DNA of 64,000 nucleotides from Eledone cirrhosa (GCA_964016885.1 OZ024743.1:1178001-1242000); one strand, 5' to 3'. Counted from the first letter of the stretch, positions 16,365 through 31,329 are shown. A program made the numbers and translations. The notes: a model not told the origin generated them from the sequence alone.

Positions 16365-16772
16365 ATGTGTGTGTGTGTGTGTGTACACACGTTTTTCTTT
16401 AAATGAAAAAAAAACACCGTTTGGCTACGTGCCACCATGTGTAATGATGCCAGGCTGTTTATATAAAAACAATCTGTTGAACTTCTACCTCGGGCGTTAT
16501 GTTTCTGGTTTACGATCTCATTTGTTGTAGGGCAACTTCAACAATATCTGCCTGAAATGCCCAATTCATTTTAAAGAGAACCATCTACAAAAAAAAGAGA
16601 GTCACAGAAAGATTGACAGCTTGCACACACACTCGCGTGCACACACAATCTCTTTCTTTTATATATATACATATGCTTATATGCAAATATATTTAAATAC
16701 TTAGATATTCAGAGTCACAAGGAGATGGGTATAAATAGATAGGTAGATAGATAGACAGACTGGCAAACACAC

Positions 16773-16903
<131 letters not shown>

Positions 16904-19529
16904 GTTGATAAATGAAACAAAACAAACACGGATGCAAAAATACAAAATCATATTAGGTTCATGCTTAGAGGAAGTGAAGAAGGGTTCCACGTTTCAGACG
17001 GAAGTCCTTCATTAGTAAAGTTCGGAAAAGGAGAGAATAGGAAGGTATATGGATGTAGTGTGTGAAAGTTAAGAAAAGTGTACTAAGAACAGATTGATAG
17101 GTTGGGTGGTAGGCGAGAGGTCCAGCATTTGGGAGTGTATGGAAAGTTGAAGGCTTATTTTACTAAGTGAAATATCAGCGAACGAATAGCCCATATCAGA
17201 CTTGTTGTTTGTGTGAATGTTATTGTTACGTTATTGCATGATTTTATTGTGTGTATGTTTCTTACACCAGCGGTCTTTAACGATACTTCTATCTGTAACA
17301 CGTTTGATTTCCATAAATTGATTTTATTGGAATTATCTCCCTTGAAAGTTGTTGGTACTTTTTAAACACTTTTGTATTGATAATCTCAGTTAATCAAAGT
17401 TTTTCAACTCACCATGTTACATATATAGAACTGTCCCGTATATGTAATAATCATGCGGAAGGCTTCCACTAAGGAATTCCTTTCAGCGATGTACATTTTA
17501 TTGTAGAATTATATTTATGTTTAAATCTGTTGCTGTTATTGTTGTTTTAGATGGTATTGAATTGCCAGTGTCATCACAATCACCACCTCTACCACCACAT
17601 GGCGCTAATCATCAGCACACAGTGCCAACAAAAGTTTCCCATCACTTATATCTTTATTTACCACGCTTATCACTAACTATCACCAGATCCGATACTAAAA
17701 CAAATAAAACATTCATGACGACTGCAATAAGCACTACCATACCTAACGTAACCAACCCACTATCAGCAGCCGCAAATTCAACCACACACTGCAGCATTGA
17801 CCTTCGGTTCAACCACATTATCATCATCTTCACCCCGGCACCACTAACATCAGCTACCAACGTTCACAAAAATTACTAACACAATCAATGTCCAAACCAC
17901 CATAATATAGTCCCACTTACATTATAGTTGAAAAGAAAAAAGAAAATTATATAGTCATTGCTGGAAGAACTTTGATCAGAGTTTTTCTCTGTCAAGGCTG
18001 AACTGGAGCTAAACCACATCATTAGTAACACTCTTTAACGATACAAACACTCTATTTACAGCAATATATGTTATCTGAGATTTAAACAAAAGACAGCAAG
18101 AATGTCATGCGCAATGTTTCATTCTAATTCATATAACTGTCGCCCTGTAATAAACTATGATGCTCACATTTATAATTTTATTGAATTATATATAGGTCAT
18201 GAAATTTTATTCCGATTATCTTACAATTATGGGTTACATCTATACTTTCCATCTAAATATTACGTCGTTTTCTTTAATGTTTTCGTTGTTATTGCTTTTG
18301 TTGGTGTTGGTGTTGGTGTTGGTGTTGGTGTTGGTGTTGGTCGTATTGTGGCTGGAGTTAGTGGTGCTGTTGCTGTTGGCGTTGATAATCATATTGTTGG
18401 TGGTAGTATTGATGACAGAAGCTATGGTTGTGGTCATGTTGGCTTTGGTAGTGTTGGTGTCGGTGCTGTTGTTTAGCCATAGGTCAGTCTTGGCCAAACA
18501 GACTTATGATGAAAACATTCCATAGTTGACCATCCTGTCACTTTTCATATCTAGTTACATTGTCCAAAGTGTCGCTCCGGGCTTAATATTAGGTCATATT
18601 GCAACACATAAGTTTCTTGATTCTCTCATTTAATATTATTGTTGTTGTTTAGCCCTTGATCGACTGTCATTAAAAAGAACCACAAAGGTGTTCTAACAAT
18701 GGTAATCCAGTATTTTAATTGTATATATAACTACAGTGTAGATGTGTCTGTTATATATTTAAGATTGTACGGTATGTTTTGCATGTGGCCCGACTTGCTA
18801 ATTTTCCCCAGAGGCTCACTCCGCGCGGGCTAATCACGTCTTTTTTATTGTTATTTATGATAGTATTGTTATAAGTGACAGTGAATGAAAAGGCAAACAC
18901 TGCATCGTAAGGTTTTCAGTTTGATTAATCTATTTTGCTTTACTTCTTTGCTTACGGTTCAAGTTCAATAGTATGCAATACCACCGTTACACACATAATT
19001 ACATTCCCATGGGTGGCTGAAGTGATAGCTAGATGATTTTATTCATTCGTTCCACGTATTTGGGTTTTCGCCTGCAAGTTTCCTATTTACCATGCTTCGT
19101 GGCATAATAGAGATACGGCTCTTTATGTTCTGATTTCAAATCCCGCCGAGGTTAGCTTTGCCTTCCATCCTTACGGGTTCCATAAAAATAGTACCAGTAA
19201 GCATGGGGGGTCGATTTTCCCTTCCCCTTGTGCCTAAAGTAGAAACAACTATTACTCTTTGATTAACTAACTGTTTTCTTACCAGAGCTATATCTCTTTC
19301 ACTCTATCTATCTACCTATCTATCTCGGAGAAGATAGACGTGTTTTTGTTTCGCTCCTGCATTTTGTCGGAATTCATTACGAGAAGCGGTAGGTCTGTTT
19401 AAGTAATGTGTTATTTGTTGTGTTTAACCCCTCGCCTGGGCCTGCAGACGTTGGGTAAAATAAATTTCGCCCCTTTTTGGAGCGAAATTTAATAGTTATA
19501 AGTTGTTGATAAAAAGTCTTTTAGTTACA

Positions 19530-21240
19530 ATGGACGCCGTTAATACGACGCATGCCCCCCCCCCCCAAGGAAAGTGATAGAGAGAAGGTAGCAGCACAAC
19601 GCTGTAAGCCTTCTCTCCTCACTCCCGCAAAAGACACCACGGAATCAAAAGAAAAAATTGTGTAAATGGGTGAAAACCCCAAAAGTAACAATTACACAAA
19701 CAAGAACAACAATGACAATAACAACACAACCAACAACAGCAATAATGACAACACCAACAAAGGAAAAAAGCAAGCCAACACGAATAACAGCAACAACAAT
19801 GATAATAACACGAAAGAAAACGGACCCACAGCTGCAGTCTCCTTCGCACAAGCGGTCAGAGAAACGCAGACATACAAGGCACTGGACATCTCGAATGCCA
19901 AGATATTGCTGAAAGAAGCAAGGAATTGTGTAAGTTTCGGGGAAGGTGGGGAATTCAGAATTAGCTCCCCCGAAGAAATTAGAAGGGACACAGTCCTCAG
20001 GACTGTAATCTTTAGGACAGTTTCGAACACGACTAGGAAACCCGCTCAATTGTGCCAAAACGAAATTGAGCTGGTCCTAAGTAGTGCCTGGAAGGATATC
20101 GCTTTCATACAGAAAGGGAAACTGTATGGAAGCATATCTGTTTTAATGCAAGATGAATTGGCGGCACGGAAATATTCTGTGTCGCCAATTGTAGCCAAAG
20201 CATACACCTTTTCCCCCACATATTTGGGGAAAAGAACTCAAAAGATAAGAATCTCGGGCATCAGGCCAAATGCGAGAATTTGGTGGGTGCTAACGGGATT
20301 CTTAGAAGATGAGGACACAATCCTTTCGATAGGCGAATCCACCGGGGGGCGTATTCGGCGGTAATAGCCCCTTGAAGTTCTGGTCCAAATGAGACCAGAA
20401 CAGATAGCAAGAATACCGCAGCGTGTGTTCCTGGATGGAGTCGCCTTCATAAACATTTCTGTTGAGGGCAGGCGGCCTTCATGCTACCACTGTTCAAGAA
20501 GTGCAACAACAACAACACGAAAACATAACAACACAAGACACTGTCCCACCCAACCCCTCCCAACCTAAAACAAATACAAAAGCAACCACAACAAAACCCC
20601 AAAATATACCACTCCCCAACAACACGGACGAGGACCCCTTATCAACGTCACCCAGTGGCGACGAGGGAGAACCCTTTCAACCCGTAAAAAGAAAGAAAAG
20701 AAGGCACCACATTAACAAAAATACAACAAACACACAGCCACCAGCACAAACAGAACAAACATCACAAACAAAAAAACCAACCCCTCCCGAAAACATAACA
20801 CATACTACAAAACGCAAACACACACAAGCACAACAAACAAAAACAAACACAACACAACAAAATCAGTATACATACATCAACACAAACAACAAAATACTTG
20901 TGCAAACAATAGACAAAGACCCTTCGGTGGAAACCGGAGGGAAAATGTTAACCAACGCGGCGACTAAACCACATTTAAAAATGATTAGGGTCCCAAGAGA
21001 CACCTACGCAATGCTCAAACAGAACTTTCCAGAGGACATGGGGAACCCCTGTACTAGACCTAGAAATCGCGTCCTCTTGAAATGTTTCCCCACCACCACA
21101 CCAGACACCCCTCCCCCACCAAACACCCCCACCCCACTACACACTGATGTCCCAACACATCACAAACCACCACCCCACCAAACAACCCCGCCGAAACCCC
21201 CATGGAAATTGTGCAGCCTGGTTCCCAGGAGGACAGGTAG
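19530..21240 (+). pseudogene. Tx1-type ORF1, frameshifted, zinc knuckle truncated
   Basis: Asn-rich N-terminus, TVIFRTVSN, PTYLGKRTQKI and GRRPSCYHC (rest of the knuckle missing) match ORF1 at 59849-61630. Confidence 0.85.
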
Positions 21241-21283
21241 GTGTCTTTTCCTTTTTCTCCACTCTAAAGCCTTCACCACTAGC

Positions 21284-24200
21284 ATGGCTGTTATAAGAGT
21301 TGGATGTTTAAATGTGCGCGGCCTGCGGATGTCCTGGAAACAGGGCAAACTCTTAAATGACCTCAGGTCGCACAGAATGGATGTGATAGCTATTTGCGAA
21401 TCGAGGATCAGCAGCGTGTACCAGCTGGCCCCCATCTTCAACGACTTTGAGATCTATGCATCTCTCTGTCAGCCGGGGGGTGGGGGCGGGGTGGTCGTTG
21501 TGCTGCAAAAATCCCTAGGCCTCGCAACACGATAAGTACACCTGGACCCGAAGGGTCGACTTGTGGTTCTAGACGTAGGCAGTAGTGAAGGTGGAGCCTT
21601 CAGGCTGGTGGCAGCGTATGCCCCATTTGGGACACCGCGACCGGACTTCTTCCAACGCCTAGAGACTTTTCTGGGAACGTCTCGCTCTTGCTTTTAGTGG
21701 GGGACTGGAATGGTATCCTGGATACACGTTGGGACTATGTAGGGGCATGTCCCGATAGAGGGGGGTGTAACAGCCTCAAACGGTTAATCGGCCGATTTGA
21801 TCTGGCCGATAGATATCGACTAGATTTTCCGACTGTGCCACTGTGGACGTGGACTAATAGTAGCGGAACATCTAGGTCGTACATCGATAGGTTCCTAGTT
21901 AGAAATAAGGATAGGGACATATTAAGCTGTCCACGAATGTTCATGGTTGACTATTCAGATCACAAGTTGGTGACCGGAGTGGTCAACCTTAACCATAGAC
22001 AAGGACCCGGTTACTGGAAGCTAAACTTGTCCTTACCGACAAACAAAGCTTACAGTAAGCGGATTAGCACTCTAGTTAAGCAGCGGTTGACGGGAGCAAT
22101 TGTCAACAGCAGGTGGTGGGGCTCTCTCAAGAGAAATTAGAATATAATCGATAGGTTTTAGTCAGGAATTAGCATCAGATAGGAATAGAACTGAAAGGGA
22201 ATTGATAGATAGAGTAGTATAGGCGATTAGGAGGGGCAACGTGGCCGGCGTGCTGGCGTCAAGAAAGGCCCTAGACCAGTTCTTTGACGCGAAGCACGAG
22301 GGCTGTGTTTTCAGGAGTAAAATACGTGCTCTGGGTAACGAGGGAGCCAAAGCTGTTAGCTGGGCCCGAGTGACAGAGGCAAAAAGTGGAAACAAGTCCA
22401 CGGTTCGGTCTTTGAAGGACCAGGATGGACGCGTGATCCTTGAACCCGAGCGGATGTGCGCGGCCTTTCAACGGCGCTTTGCACGACTATTCGGGAGAGG
22501 TGGCGAGCCGGGTGAGGCCATGGATTTCGGTCCATACCTCGACGGTCTTCCGTGGCTCTCGGACGGGGAAGCTAAGTCCTGTAAAAGGCCGATTTCAGCC
22601 GCTGAAATAGGGGAAGCGTTGAGCCTATGCGGCAAACATAAATCTCCCGGTCTCGATGGTCTACCATACGAACTTTATGTAGCGATGCCGGACTTGTTTT
22701 CCGATATTCTCGAGGCGGTCTACTGCAACTGGCTACAGAACGGGAGAATTCCCAGTTCTATGACCAAAGGCGTAGTCACGCTGGTGAGGAAGGACGAGAA
22801 CAAGGGGGATGACATAGATAACTTCAGGCTCATAACTCTGCTAAACACAGAGTTAAAGATTTTGGCCAAGGTGTTAGCGAAGAGGTTGGCGCTTGTCGTC
22901 GGGAACCTGCTGGGAGAAGCGCAGACATGCGCAATCCCGTCCAGCTCCATACATGACAACCTCCACCTCATGCGATACATCGTAGAGAGGGTAGGGAACG
23001 AACCCGGCTTTGGTGGGGCCCTGATCAACTTGGCTCAATCTAAAGGGGTTCGGTAGGGTCGACCATCGGTACCTGGATGAGGTGCTCGCGGCGGCAGGCT
23101 TCGGACCCGTTTTCAGGGGCTGGATTGCTGCAATGCACAGCAGCAACACCTGCTCGAGGGTCAAAGTGAACGGCTACCTCTCGGAGCCGTTCCGAATCGC
23201 GAGATCCATCCGACAGGGATGCCCTCTCTCCTCCCTTCTGTATGTGCTGGCTCTCGAGCCACTACTGCGGAAGTTGGAGCTGTTGCAGGGAATTCCCTTG
23301 GAACCTGGATTGCGGAAAGCGGTGTCGGCCTACGCCGATGACGTGACAGTAATGGTATCGTGCGCGTCGGAAATCGGGCAGATCGGCACCTTACTGGAGG
23401 AATATGAAATGTTTACAGGAGCCAAGCTGAACCAGGACAAGTCCGTTGGTTTGCAACTCGGAACGTGGAGAGGCAAACCGATGCCCTCCGACGGCGTCGT
23501 CGGACGCTGGACGGAGGGACCGGTGAAGCTGCTCGGGGTCTGGTTCGGACCGGACCTCCATGTGGAGAAAAGTTGGGACGAGGTAACGGGCAGGGTGTTT
23601 GCACTCGCCCAGAAGTGGGCTGAGTGCAAACTATCCCTGAAAGGTCGAGCGGAGGTGGCGAACACTTATATAGCGTCCGTAATCTACTACCGCTTGACCG
23701 TCAAGCCTTCCCCAGCGAAAACGCTCGCCAAAATGGAGCGGGAGCTCTTCCGATTCCTTTGGAAGAAGCGGGCCCCTTTGGTGAGAAGATCCATCTGCTG
23801 TCAACATACTTCGAACGGAGGGCTGGGGTGCCGTGGCTGACGATGCGTAGTCACGCATTAAGGCTACGTCAACTCCAGGTATTCCTCACCGGTCACTCGG
23901 TGTGGCCCCCTTTTGTGAGGCGAGCCTTTCCGAGACTCGTCTCACTCACCGAGCTGCAATACTGGGTCAAGCAAAGACCGAGAAAAGTGGGCGACTGGAA
24001 CATTGAATGTGCCCAGGCACTCACGGCCCTCTGGCAAGCGGATCCGGCAATCAGTGGAGACTCAACCTCAACATTCTATAGAGGGTTGGTGCGCAGCAAG
24101 TGCGACGACGCTCTCGGAGAGGCTCTGGGCATGGAGGAAGACGAGCTACCCAGTCTGTTCGGTAGGACGTTTGGCCCGGGACCGATGGACAACTTCCAAA

Positions 24201-24715
24201 AGTCCCTGGCTTTGCAGTGCTACCGAAGAGCTCTACCCGTTCGGGACAAGCTCTACAGACCGGGCGCCCGGGTAGGGACCCCTCGAAGAAGATCTGTCCG
24301 AGATGCGTGCGTGACGAGGAAACCGTCGCGCACGCATTCGTTACACTGCCCGAGCGTTGCTCACCTGTGGGGCTATGTGGAACAACTACCGTCGCGGGTG
24401 GGACCAATCCGGTTGACCACCGAGTACATTGTCACGATCAAACCACCTCCCCCCTTCAAAAACGAAGGAGAGGCGGTTTTTCCTCTGTGTGATAGCTATG
24501 GCGAAAGAGGTTGTATGGTGGACGAGGTTGAAAGGGCTGAGTTAAGACATTTTTCTCTCCGGCCAACAAGTGGTCCTTTTTTTCAAGTACCATTTTAGAA
24601 GAAGGATCAGAATGGAGAGAGAGAGGTGCTCTACCCCAGCAAGTTTTATGAAAGGTGGGTGAAAGTGGCGAAAATGGCCCGAGTGAATGGGCCTTCTCTC
24701 TATATCAGCCTGTAG
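21284..24715 (+). pseudogene. Tx1-type ORF2 (APE endonuclease plus RT), several stops and frameshifts
   Basis: LNVRG, GDWN, SYID, SDH, KSPGLDG, RQGCPLS and YADD motifs are spread over several ORF fragments. Confidence 0.93.
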
Positions 24716-25415
24716 GTGAGAGAGGAGAAGAAAGAGGAGAGGAAGGGAGCACCCGCTCTTTGTGCTCCTGAGAAGGAGGGTTGCACACTTTTTTCGGGAG
24801 TGTGTACGACCCATGTCAACGCCGCCTCCCTGTTGAGGACTTCGATTGTTGAATTTGATTTGTTATATATTTTTACACGTCCCTTGAAATGTATGTAAAC
24901 TCCACTCCCCTTGTATTTGTCCCAATCTTTGATTCCCTGGTGGCAAATTAATAGAAAGTTATCTATCTCTCTCTTACGCACACAATCTTTCTTTCCTCTT
25001 TATTGCCAAAAGTCTATGTATATTTCTCTCCTCACAGCGTTACATTTACACAACTTGTCTACGTCGTATCGTTTCCTTTTTCCAAGCGAAAGACACGTTA
25101 TCTTTTGTTCTCATATATATGTTTTTGGCCGCTTTTTCTAAGCCGTCGTGCAACTTGGGCTGAATATTATGCAATATCACCCTTATGTTCCTAAAGAAGA
25201 TAATAATAGCCTTTGTTCATTATCCTACGTATTTTTTTATTATTTTGTTCATCTTTTATCTTTCTGAAACTGGTCGAGTGAGTAAACCGATTGTGGATAG
25301 AATTGAAATTAAACAAATCAGTTTATCAGAACGCTTGAGATCTTACTGCCCACTTTTTTCTATCTCTAGGGGTAATTTACACGATTTTATAAAAGTATTA
25401 TTTATAGGGATTTAG

Positions 25416-25552
<137 letters not shown>

Positions 25553-25604
25553 GCGATGAAATACCAATGATGGTTGGAAGATCACTGATGAAGGACTAAC
25601 TTTA

Positions 25605-25639
<35 letters not shown>

Positions 25640-25645
<6 letters not shown>

Positions 25646-26375
25646 ATGTATATATAATGTATTTTGCAATACACTTTATGCTTAATTAAAAGCATTTTGA
25701 AGACCGTAAGCTATTGTTTTTTAGAGTAGTGACAAATTCACTTACTTTGATCTCAGCAAACAGGGGAGATAAGCCGACAAGGTCTTGTTTCGCTTTTGTT
25801 GAAGCTTATCAAGGCTAACTACTCCCACCTGTCTACCGAGATCACTGATGTTATATTCTTATAGAATTCTAGTAAATAATCAGGAGCTGATTATACAGAG
25901 CGGTTGTTGGTCAGGCAGAAATTAAAAATTAGAATTGGAGCTCTGAAATAGCAATACGGTCTTCAAAATGCTTTTAATTAAGCATAAAGTGTATTGCAAA
26001 ATACATTATATCTACATCCATATATATATTGCTATTTCAAAGCTCCAATTCTAATTTTTAATTTCTGCCTGACCAACAACCGCTCTGTATATTCAGCTCC
26101 TGATTATTTACTAGAATTCTATAAGAATATAACATCAGTGATCTCGGTAGACAGGTGGGAGTAGTTAGCCTTGATAAGCTTCAACAAAAGCGGAACAAGG
26201 CCTTGTCGGCTTATCTCCCCTGTTTGCTGAGATCAAAGTAAGTGAATTTGTCACTACTCTAAAAAACAATAGCTTACGGTCTTCAAAATGCTTTTAATTA
26301 AGCATAAGTGTATTGCAAAATACATTATATATACATCCATATATATATTGTTATTTCAGAGCTCCAATTCTAATA
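25640..26375. repeat. ~320-bp hammerhead-bearing unit in inverted plus partial tandem arrangement
   Basis: ~25640-25954 is inverted relative to ~26030-26345. 25956-26054 is repeated 320 bp later at 26276-26373. Confidence 0.9.
25772..25816 (-). ncRNA. Type I hammerhead, U3:A8 core variant
   Basis: AGCC-TTGATAA-GCTT caacaa AAGC-GAAAC-AAG ac CTT-GTC|GGCT. The plus copy at 26167-26211 has GGAAC instead of GAAAC. Confidence 0.75.
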
Positions 26376-26479
26376 TATATATATATATATACATATATAT
26401 ATAGAGCAAATATTTATTAAAATAACAAATTAAAGTTTAAGCAAAGAATCGTTGCTTTCACCCTTAACGGAATCCTCTG

Positions 26480-26530
26480 AGTTTCAGACGACCCCGTTAA
26501 GGATGAAAGCAACGATTCTTTGCTTAAACT
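26480..26530 (+). ncRNA. Hammerhead-like motif with a CAGANGA core, in fold-back 26417-26547
   Basis: AGTTT-CAGACGA-cccc gttaa ggat-GAAA-GCA acgattctt TGC-TT|AAACT. Relatives at 4336-4385 (-) and 6643-6701 (+). Confidence 0.5.
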
Positions 26531-26571
26531 TTAATCTGTTATTTTAAGATATATATATATATATATATATA

Positions 26572-27055
26572 AATAATAAATGTTCGGTGAATCCATACGT
26601 ACATATATATATATGTGTGCATGTATGTATATATATGCATACTACTGTACGTCTGTATACATATATGTATGTACGTATACATACTTATATTTAAGTAACA
26701 GCCGTACTAAGAGTGAGAAATGAAATTTCGTTTCAATTTTTCCGTTTATCGTTTTCGGTACCCCGGCCGATTAACCCACTCGATATGCAAATTGGGCTGC
26801 TCAGCCATTAATATGCATAAGGAAAGTATATACTTTCAGACGATAGCTAATAAGCTTGAAACTAGTACAGCGTTCCTTTGTCAGTGTTGAACAAATGAGC
26901 AACGATGGTTGCTAGACACTACGGCTTAATTCGGGATGTTTGTTTACAAACACACCGAGCATTATAATAAATGTTCGGTGAATCCATACGTACATATATA
27001 TATGTGTGCATGTATGTATATATATATATACATACTACTGTACGTCTGTATACAT
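26572..27055 (+). repeat. Diverged copy of the 420-bp hammerhead unit (about 1.2 units, with an internal deletion)
   Basis: Matches 31830-32450. Its hammerhead at 26837-26873 has lost the 5' arm of stem I. Confidence 0.85.
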
Positions 27056-28493
27056 ATATATATATATTTGTGTATATATATATACACAGAAAATCCCTAT
27101 AAATAATACTTTATATATATATATGGCCAAGATGCTACTAATTGGAACTAGCAAGATGACTGTTATTCAACCAATACTCGATATTTTAAATAATACAAAT
27201 AAACTAATAAAATAAGACAACTTAAAGGCAACGCCGTTGAATATTATAATAGAGTAATGGCTTATTATTGACATAGTTGGATGCCAGTGTATGGATTTGT
27301 AAAGATCGAGTCTGAATCCTGATACTCTAGTGTTTCTCCTGACAACATTACAGCACGTCCATTCTCAGAGGTGAAAAATGCTGGAATTCCTTACTTAAGA
27401 TAGCGACTTCATTCATTGGTGATAATGAGGGCGGAATGGAGTTTGAAGAAGACCGGTAGATTGTTGCAACTATACAAAAGAAGAAAAATATCTGAAATAA
27501 GAGTTTTCTGATGACCCTATGAGTACACAGGAAAAAGTCCAGATCATTAAGAAAATCAATTATATATATCAGATACACAATATATGTGATTCCGAGCATA
27601 TTAAAGTATGATTATTTTCGTCTGTTCGTAAGAATAAGTCTATTTCTATGGCACTATATTGTATAACATGTAGATTGAATTTCTCATTTTACCTTCCCCT
27701 GTTCTTGCGTTTCTACTTTCTTTTCGTCGTGCTTTACTTTTTTCTCTATGTCTATTGTCCTTCGGTCTTTAGTTTTTCTTTTTCTTTCTTTCTTTACAGC
27801 AAGTCCTTGTCTTTCTTTTGTATGTCTTTTTGTTCTTTATTTCTTTGTTACTTTCTATCTGTCTTTCATTCTTGCTTTCTTTGAATTCTCTATTTACTTT
27901 TTTCCTTTCTCGTTCTATTATTTCCCAATAAAGATATTAAATCCTTCCCGCATCTTGCATCCAGCCTTCTTTGATAACTCTATCATTATTCCATTATATA
28001 TAAATTGTTCATATGCCTCAAGTACTTCTGTATATCAGCTATTGCATGAATAAGGGACACTTTACCTCTACTTTATTCTTATTACCCTCGCTCCCTTAAG
28101 TTCCTTGTCATTTTCTGCATCCCTATGACCCTCCACATAGCTACATGCCATTTTATTACAACAGAGCAACTGCTTTAACCCATTATCTGAGGTAATATTC
28201 TCAAGGATGTCTTCATAACAACATACTATATATGATACTTCTCAAGACTTCGCCGCTATCCTATTGGAGAATTTTCCTTGTTGTGATGCATTGTTACATA
28301 TATTGCTTTTGTTGATTTGACACTTTTACTCGATGTAAACTCCACCGTGTGTTGTATTGTAATTTGTCATTGTATTATCATACGTTTTGAGTTCTTGTGG
28401 CCAATAAAATAAATAAATCTTATTTTATTATTATTATCATCAATATTATTATATTTTTTATTTTTATTCCTACAGACTTAATACTTTTCTTAC

Positions 28494-28556
<63 letters not shown>

Positions 28557-28568
28557 TGCTTGTGTATG

Positions 28569-28612
<44 letters not shown>

Positions 28613-28871
28613 CATACGCACAAATATATATATATGTGTGTGTGTGTGTATGCGTGATAACTCGATTTTCTTTCTTCCGGCGTTTTTTTTTCATTTAGTG
28701 TACAAGGAAATATTTTGTTTTGTTTTGTTATTATTTAGAGAGGAATCTGAAAAGATGCATGATGATGATGATGAAGAAAAGGAGGAGGAAGATGCGGATA
28801 CATAGATAGATACATACTTACGTACATGCATGCATATATATATATGTTTTCATTTATAATATATAAACATA

Positions 28872-28903
<32 letters not shown>

Positions 28904-28904
28904 C

Positions 28905-28936
<32 letters not shown>

Positions 28937-29406
28937 TAATAAGGTAATGAATTCTTTTACAATGGAGTCAGCTCGAATGAGGAAAAATATCCCCTGAGCA
29001 GTGTATAAATTAATATGTAAGTGATGAAACAGATACCAACACATCTGTATATATATTGCAAAAGAAAAATTTAGCCAGACTGAAGTATACTAATTATTAT
29101 ACTACAGTTTGTCCATATCGATTTAAAATAATAAATCAACGGAGACGAACTGTATTGGCAAAAGGCCGTGATGTTTAGACACATTTAAATTTCAAAATCA
29201 AACCTGTTCCGTAGATAAGTTTAGACTTTAAGATCCAAATATGTTTCGAGTTAAATAAGTGTAGGAATATCATGTCCCGCTCTCCTCAGTAAACATCCAG
29301 AGACAAATTGATATGCTTCACTTCTAAATAATTTAAAAGACTGCGTGACGCACATGGCTTTACAGTATCTAACTAGTCTCATAACCGTACTGCTAGAAAT
29401 AACAGT

Positions 29407-29493
<87 letters not shown>

Positions 29494-30107
29494 GTGAGGT
29501 TTTTTTACAAAATAAAAAAAACCGATGTCCTACACGAGTGAAAGTATAAGGAAAAAATATGAAATGGAAAATGCAACTGGAGTCTTTTTTAAAAAAGACT
29601 CCAGTTGCATACATATATATCACATACCCGCAGGCACACACACATACATATGGATTTATTTTGCAATACTGTATTACTATGTAACATGTTCAACCTATTA
29701 TAAATACTGAAGTATTATTTAGTAATTATATACATGAACATTCGGTTAATTCGATGAGAAGATAATACACTACGTGGATGAAGTATATCAACTAGTAAGA
29801 GGATATTTTAAATACAGTAATTGAAGTTTAATAAAATAAGACAGCAACTCAAGTTACAAATGAATGATATTTGTATGCACATAATACGCTTATTTCTTAC
29901 ATTTCATTTTCCTATTTAGTACAGCATTTTGTAACATCCTTCACATAGCTTGAAATTATAACAAAGGAATTTACACGTGTACATTTAAACGCACGCGCAT
30001 GCACACAGTCACACATTCACAATTAAATACTCACACATATACAGATACATACAGCTCACATTTGTGCACATGGACTCTGGTATGCACATTATTATTAAGG
30101 TAAGTAG

Positions 30108-30300
30108 GGCAGTGGATTGGCAGTATCGGTAGAGGGTCGGACGGCATGCCTTGCAGCATAGAGTTACGCCCTTTTACGGCCTGAGTTCAAATCCCACCGC
30201 GGTTAACTTTGCCTTTCATTCTTACGGGGTCGATAAAATAAAGTACCAGTAATTCACTGATATAATTGCTGGCCTTGTGCCAAAGGTAGAATCAATTATT
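30108..30300 (+). mobile_element. tRNA-derived SINE
   Basis: A-box-like TGGCAGTATCGG and B-box-like GAGTTCAAATCC, followed by the conserved core TCATTCTTACGGGGTCGATAAAATAAAGTACC. Confidence 0.8.
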
Positions 30301-30526
30301 ATTAAGGTAAGCTGTGTTGGTAAGCTTCTTTCGGTTCTTGATTGCTGTAATTTCTTTACTCGGGCTGTTGATATCCTCAAGAAGAACCATGGATCTCACA
30401 ACGTCATACTGAAATATTCTTTAAATATACGATCTAAAGAAAAGTTAGAATTATGTTGAGAGTAAAAGTATTATATTTGGTGCCCCGCATGTTTTACTTC
30501 TTTTCCAATTCATTTGTTCAATCTAG

Positions 30527-30567
<41 letters not shown>

Positions 30568-30568
<1 letters not shown>

Positions 30569-31070
30569 TAGCCGAATTACCTGCGCCTGGCTGCGTTTCA
30601 CACATTTTTTTTTTTTGTAAGAAAATAATGATTGATTTTAAATCAGCGATATAATTTATGGAGAAACACTCCATTTTAATATTGCTCAATGCAAAATGTA
30701 ATGCATGAAAAATTGGAAAACATTATTTTTTGTAATATATCAAATCAAAATTACATTATTAAATCTTATTCTTATTTTGTTTCTTGTGAATAATTTTTTT
30801 CAAAATATCAATTCAAAACTTTTGTGAATAGGCATCATATTTTGTCATTTATCTATGGTTTATATTTCATTTAAATCGAAGGGAAAAAATTTTCAGCGGG
30901 GGTTTTGTGCCTCGGGGAACCTTTTGATTAAAATGAAATATACTTATCCAAGTACCTTGGGCAATGTAGTTTCAGAATATATATGGTTATGGGGGTCTAT
31001 CTCCAAAACCATAGGAGGAGTTTGTGAACCCAACAAACAGACAGGAATACAACTTTATAAATATATATAT
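30568..31070 (-). mobile_element. Helitron-type non-autonomous element
   Basis: The minus strand ends with a GC-rich hairpin-like segment plus CTAG|T. The 5' region resembles the other Helitron-type starts. Confidence 0.55.
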
Positions 31071-31286
31071 GTATATAAATATAAGTATGTACACGTACAT
31101 ACATATATGTATACAGACGTACAGTAGTATATATATATATATACATACATGCACATATATATATATGTACGTATGGATTCACCGAACATTTATTATAATG
31201 CTCGGTGTGTTTGTAAACAAACAAACTGTATTAAGCCGTAGTGTCCAGCAACCATCGTTGCTCGTTTGTTCAACACTGACAAAGGA

Positions 31287-31329
31287 ACGCTGTACTAGTT
31301 TCAAGCTTATTAGCTATCGTCAGCAACGT
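31287..31329 (-). ncRNA. Type I hammerhead ribozyme (420-bp unit)
   Basis: ACGTTG-CTGACGA-tAGC taataa GCTt-GAAAC-TA-GTA|CAGCGT, with palindromic stem III ACTAGT. Confidence 0.85.

Larger units (their letters stand above)
19325..24960 (+). mobile_element. Near full-length, degenerate Tx1/L1-clade LINE
   Basis: Homologous throughout to the intact copy at 56124-61840. Short TATC tracts lie at both ends (~19303-19324 and 24960-24968). Confidence 0.92.

Noticed and set aside
16985-17020. Hammerhead remnant on the minus strand (similar ones at ~32625-32656, ~40925-40965, ~53330-53370, ~53727-53764)
   Set aside because: The core or stem I is broken (e.g. CTAATGA, GAAG), so they are counted only as decayed relics.
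17517-18525. Thr-rich and Val/Gly-rich ORFs
   Set aside because: Low-complexity ACC/GTT-type repeats with no recognisable domain.
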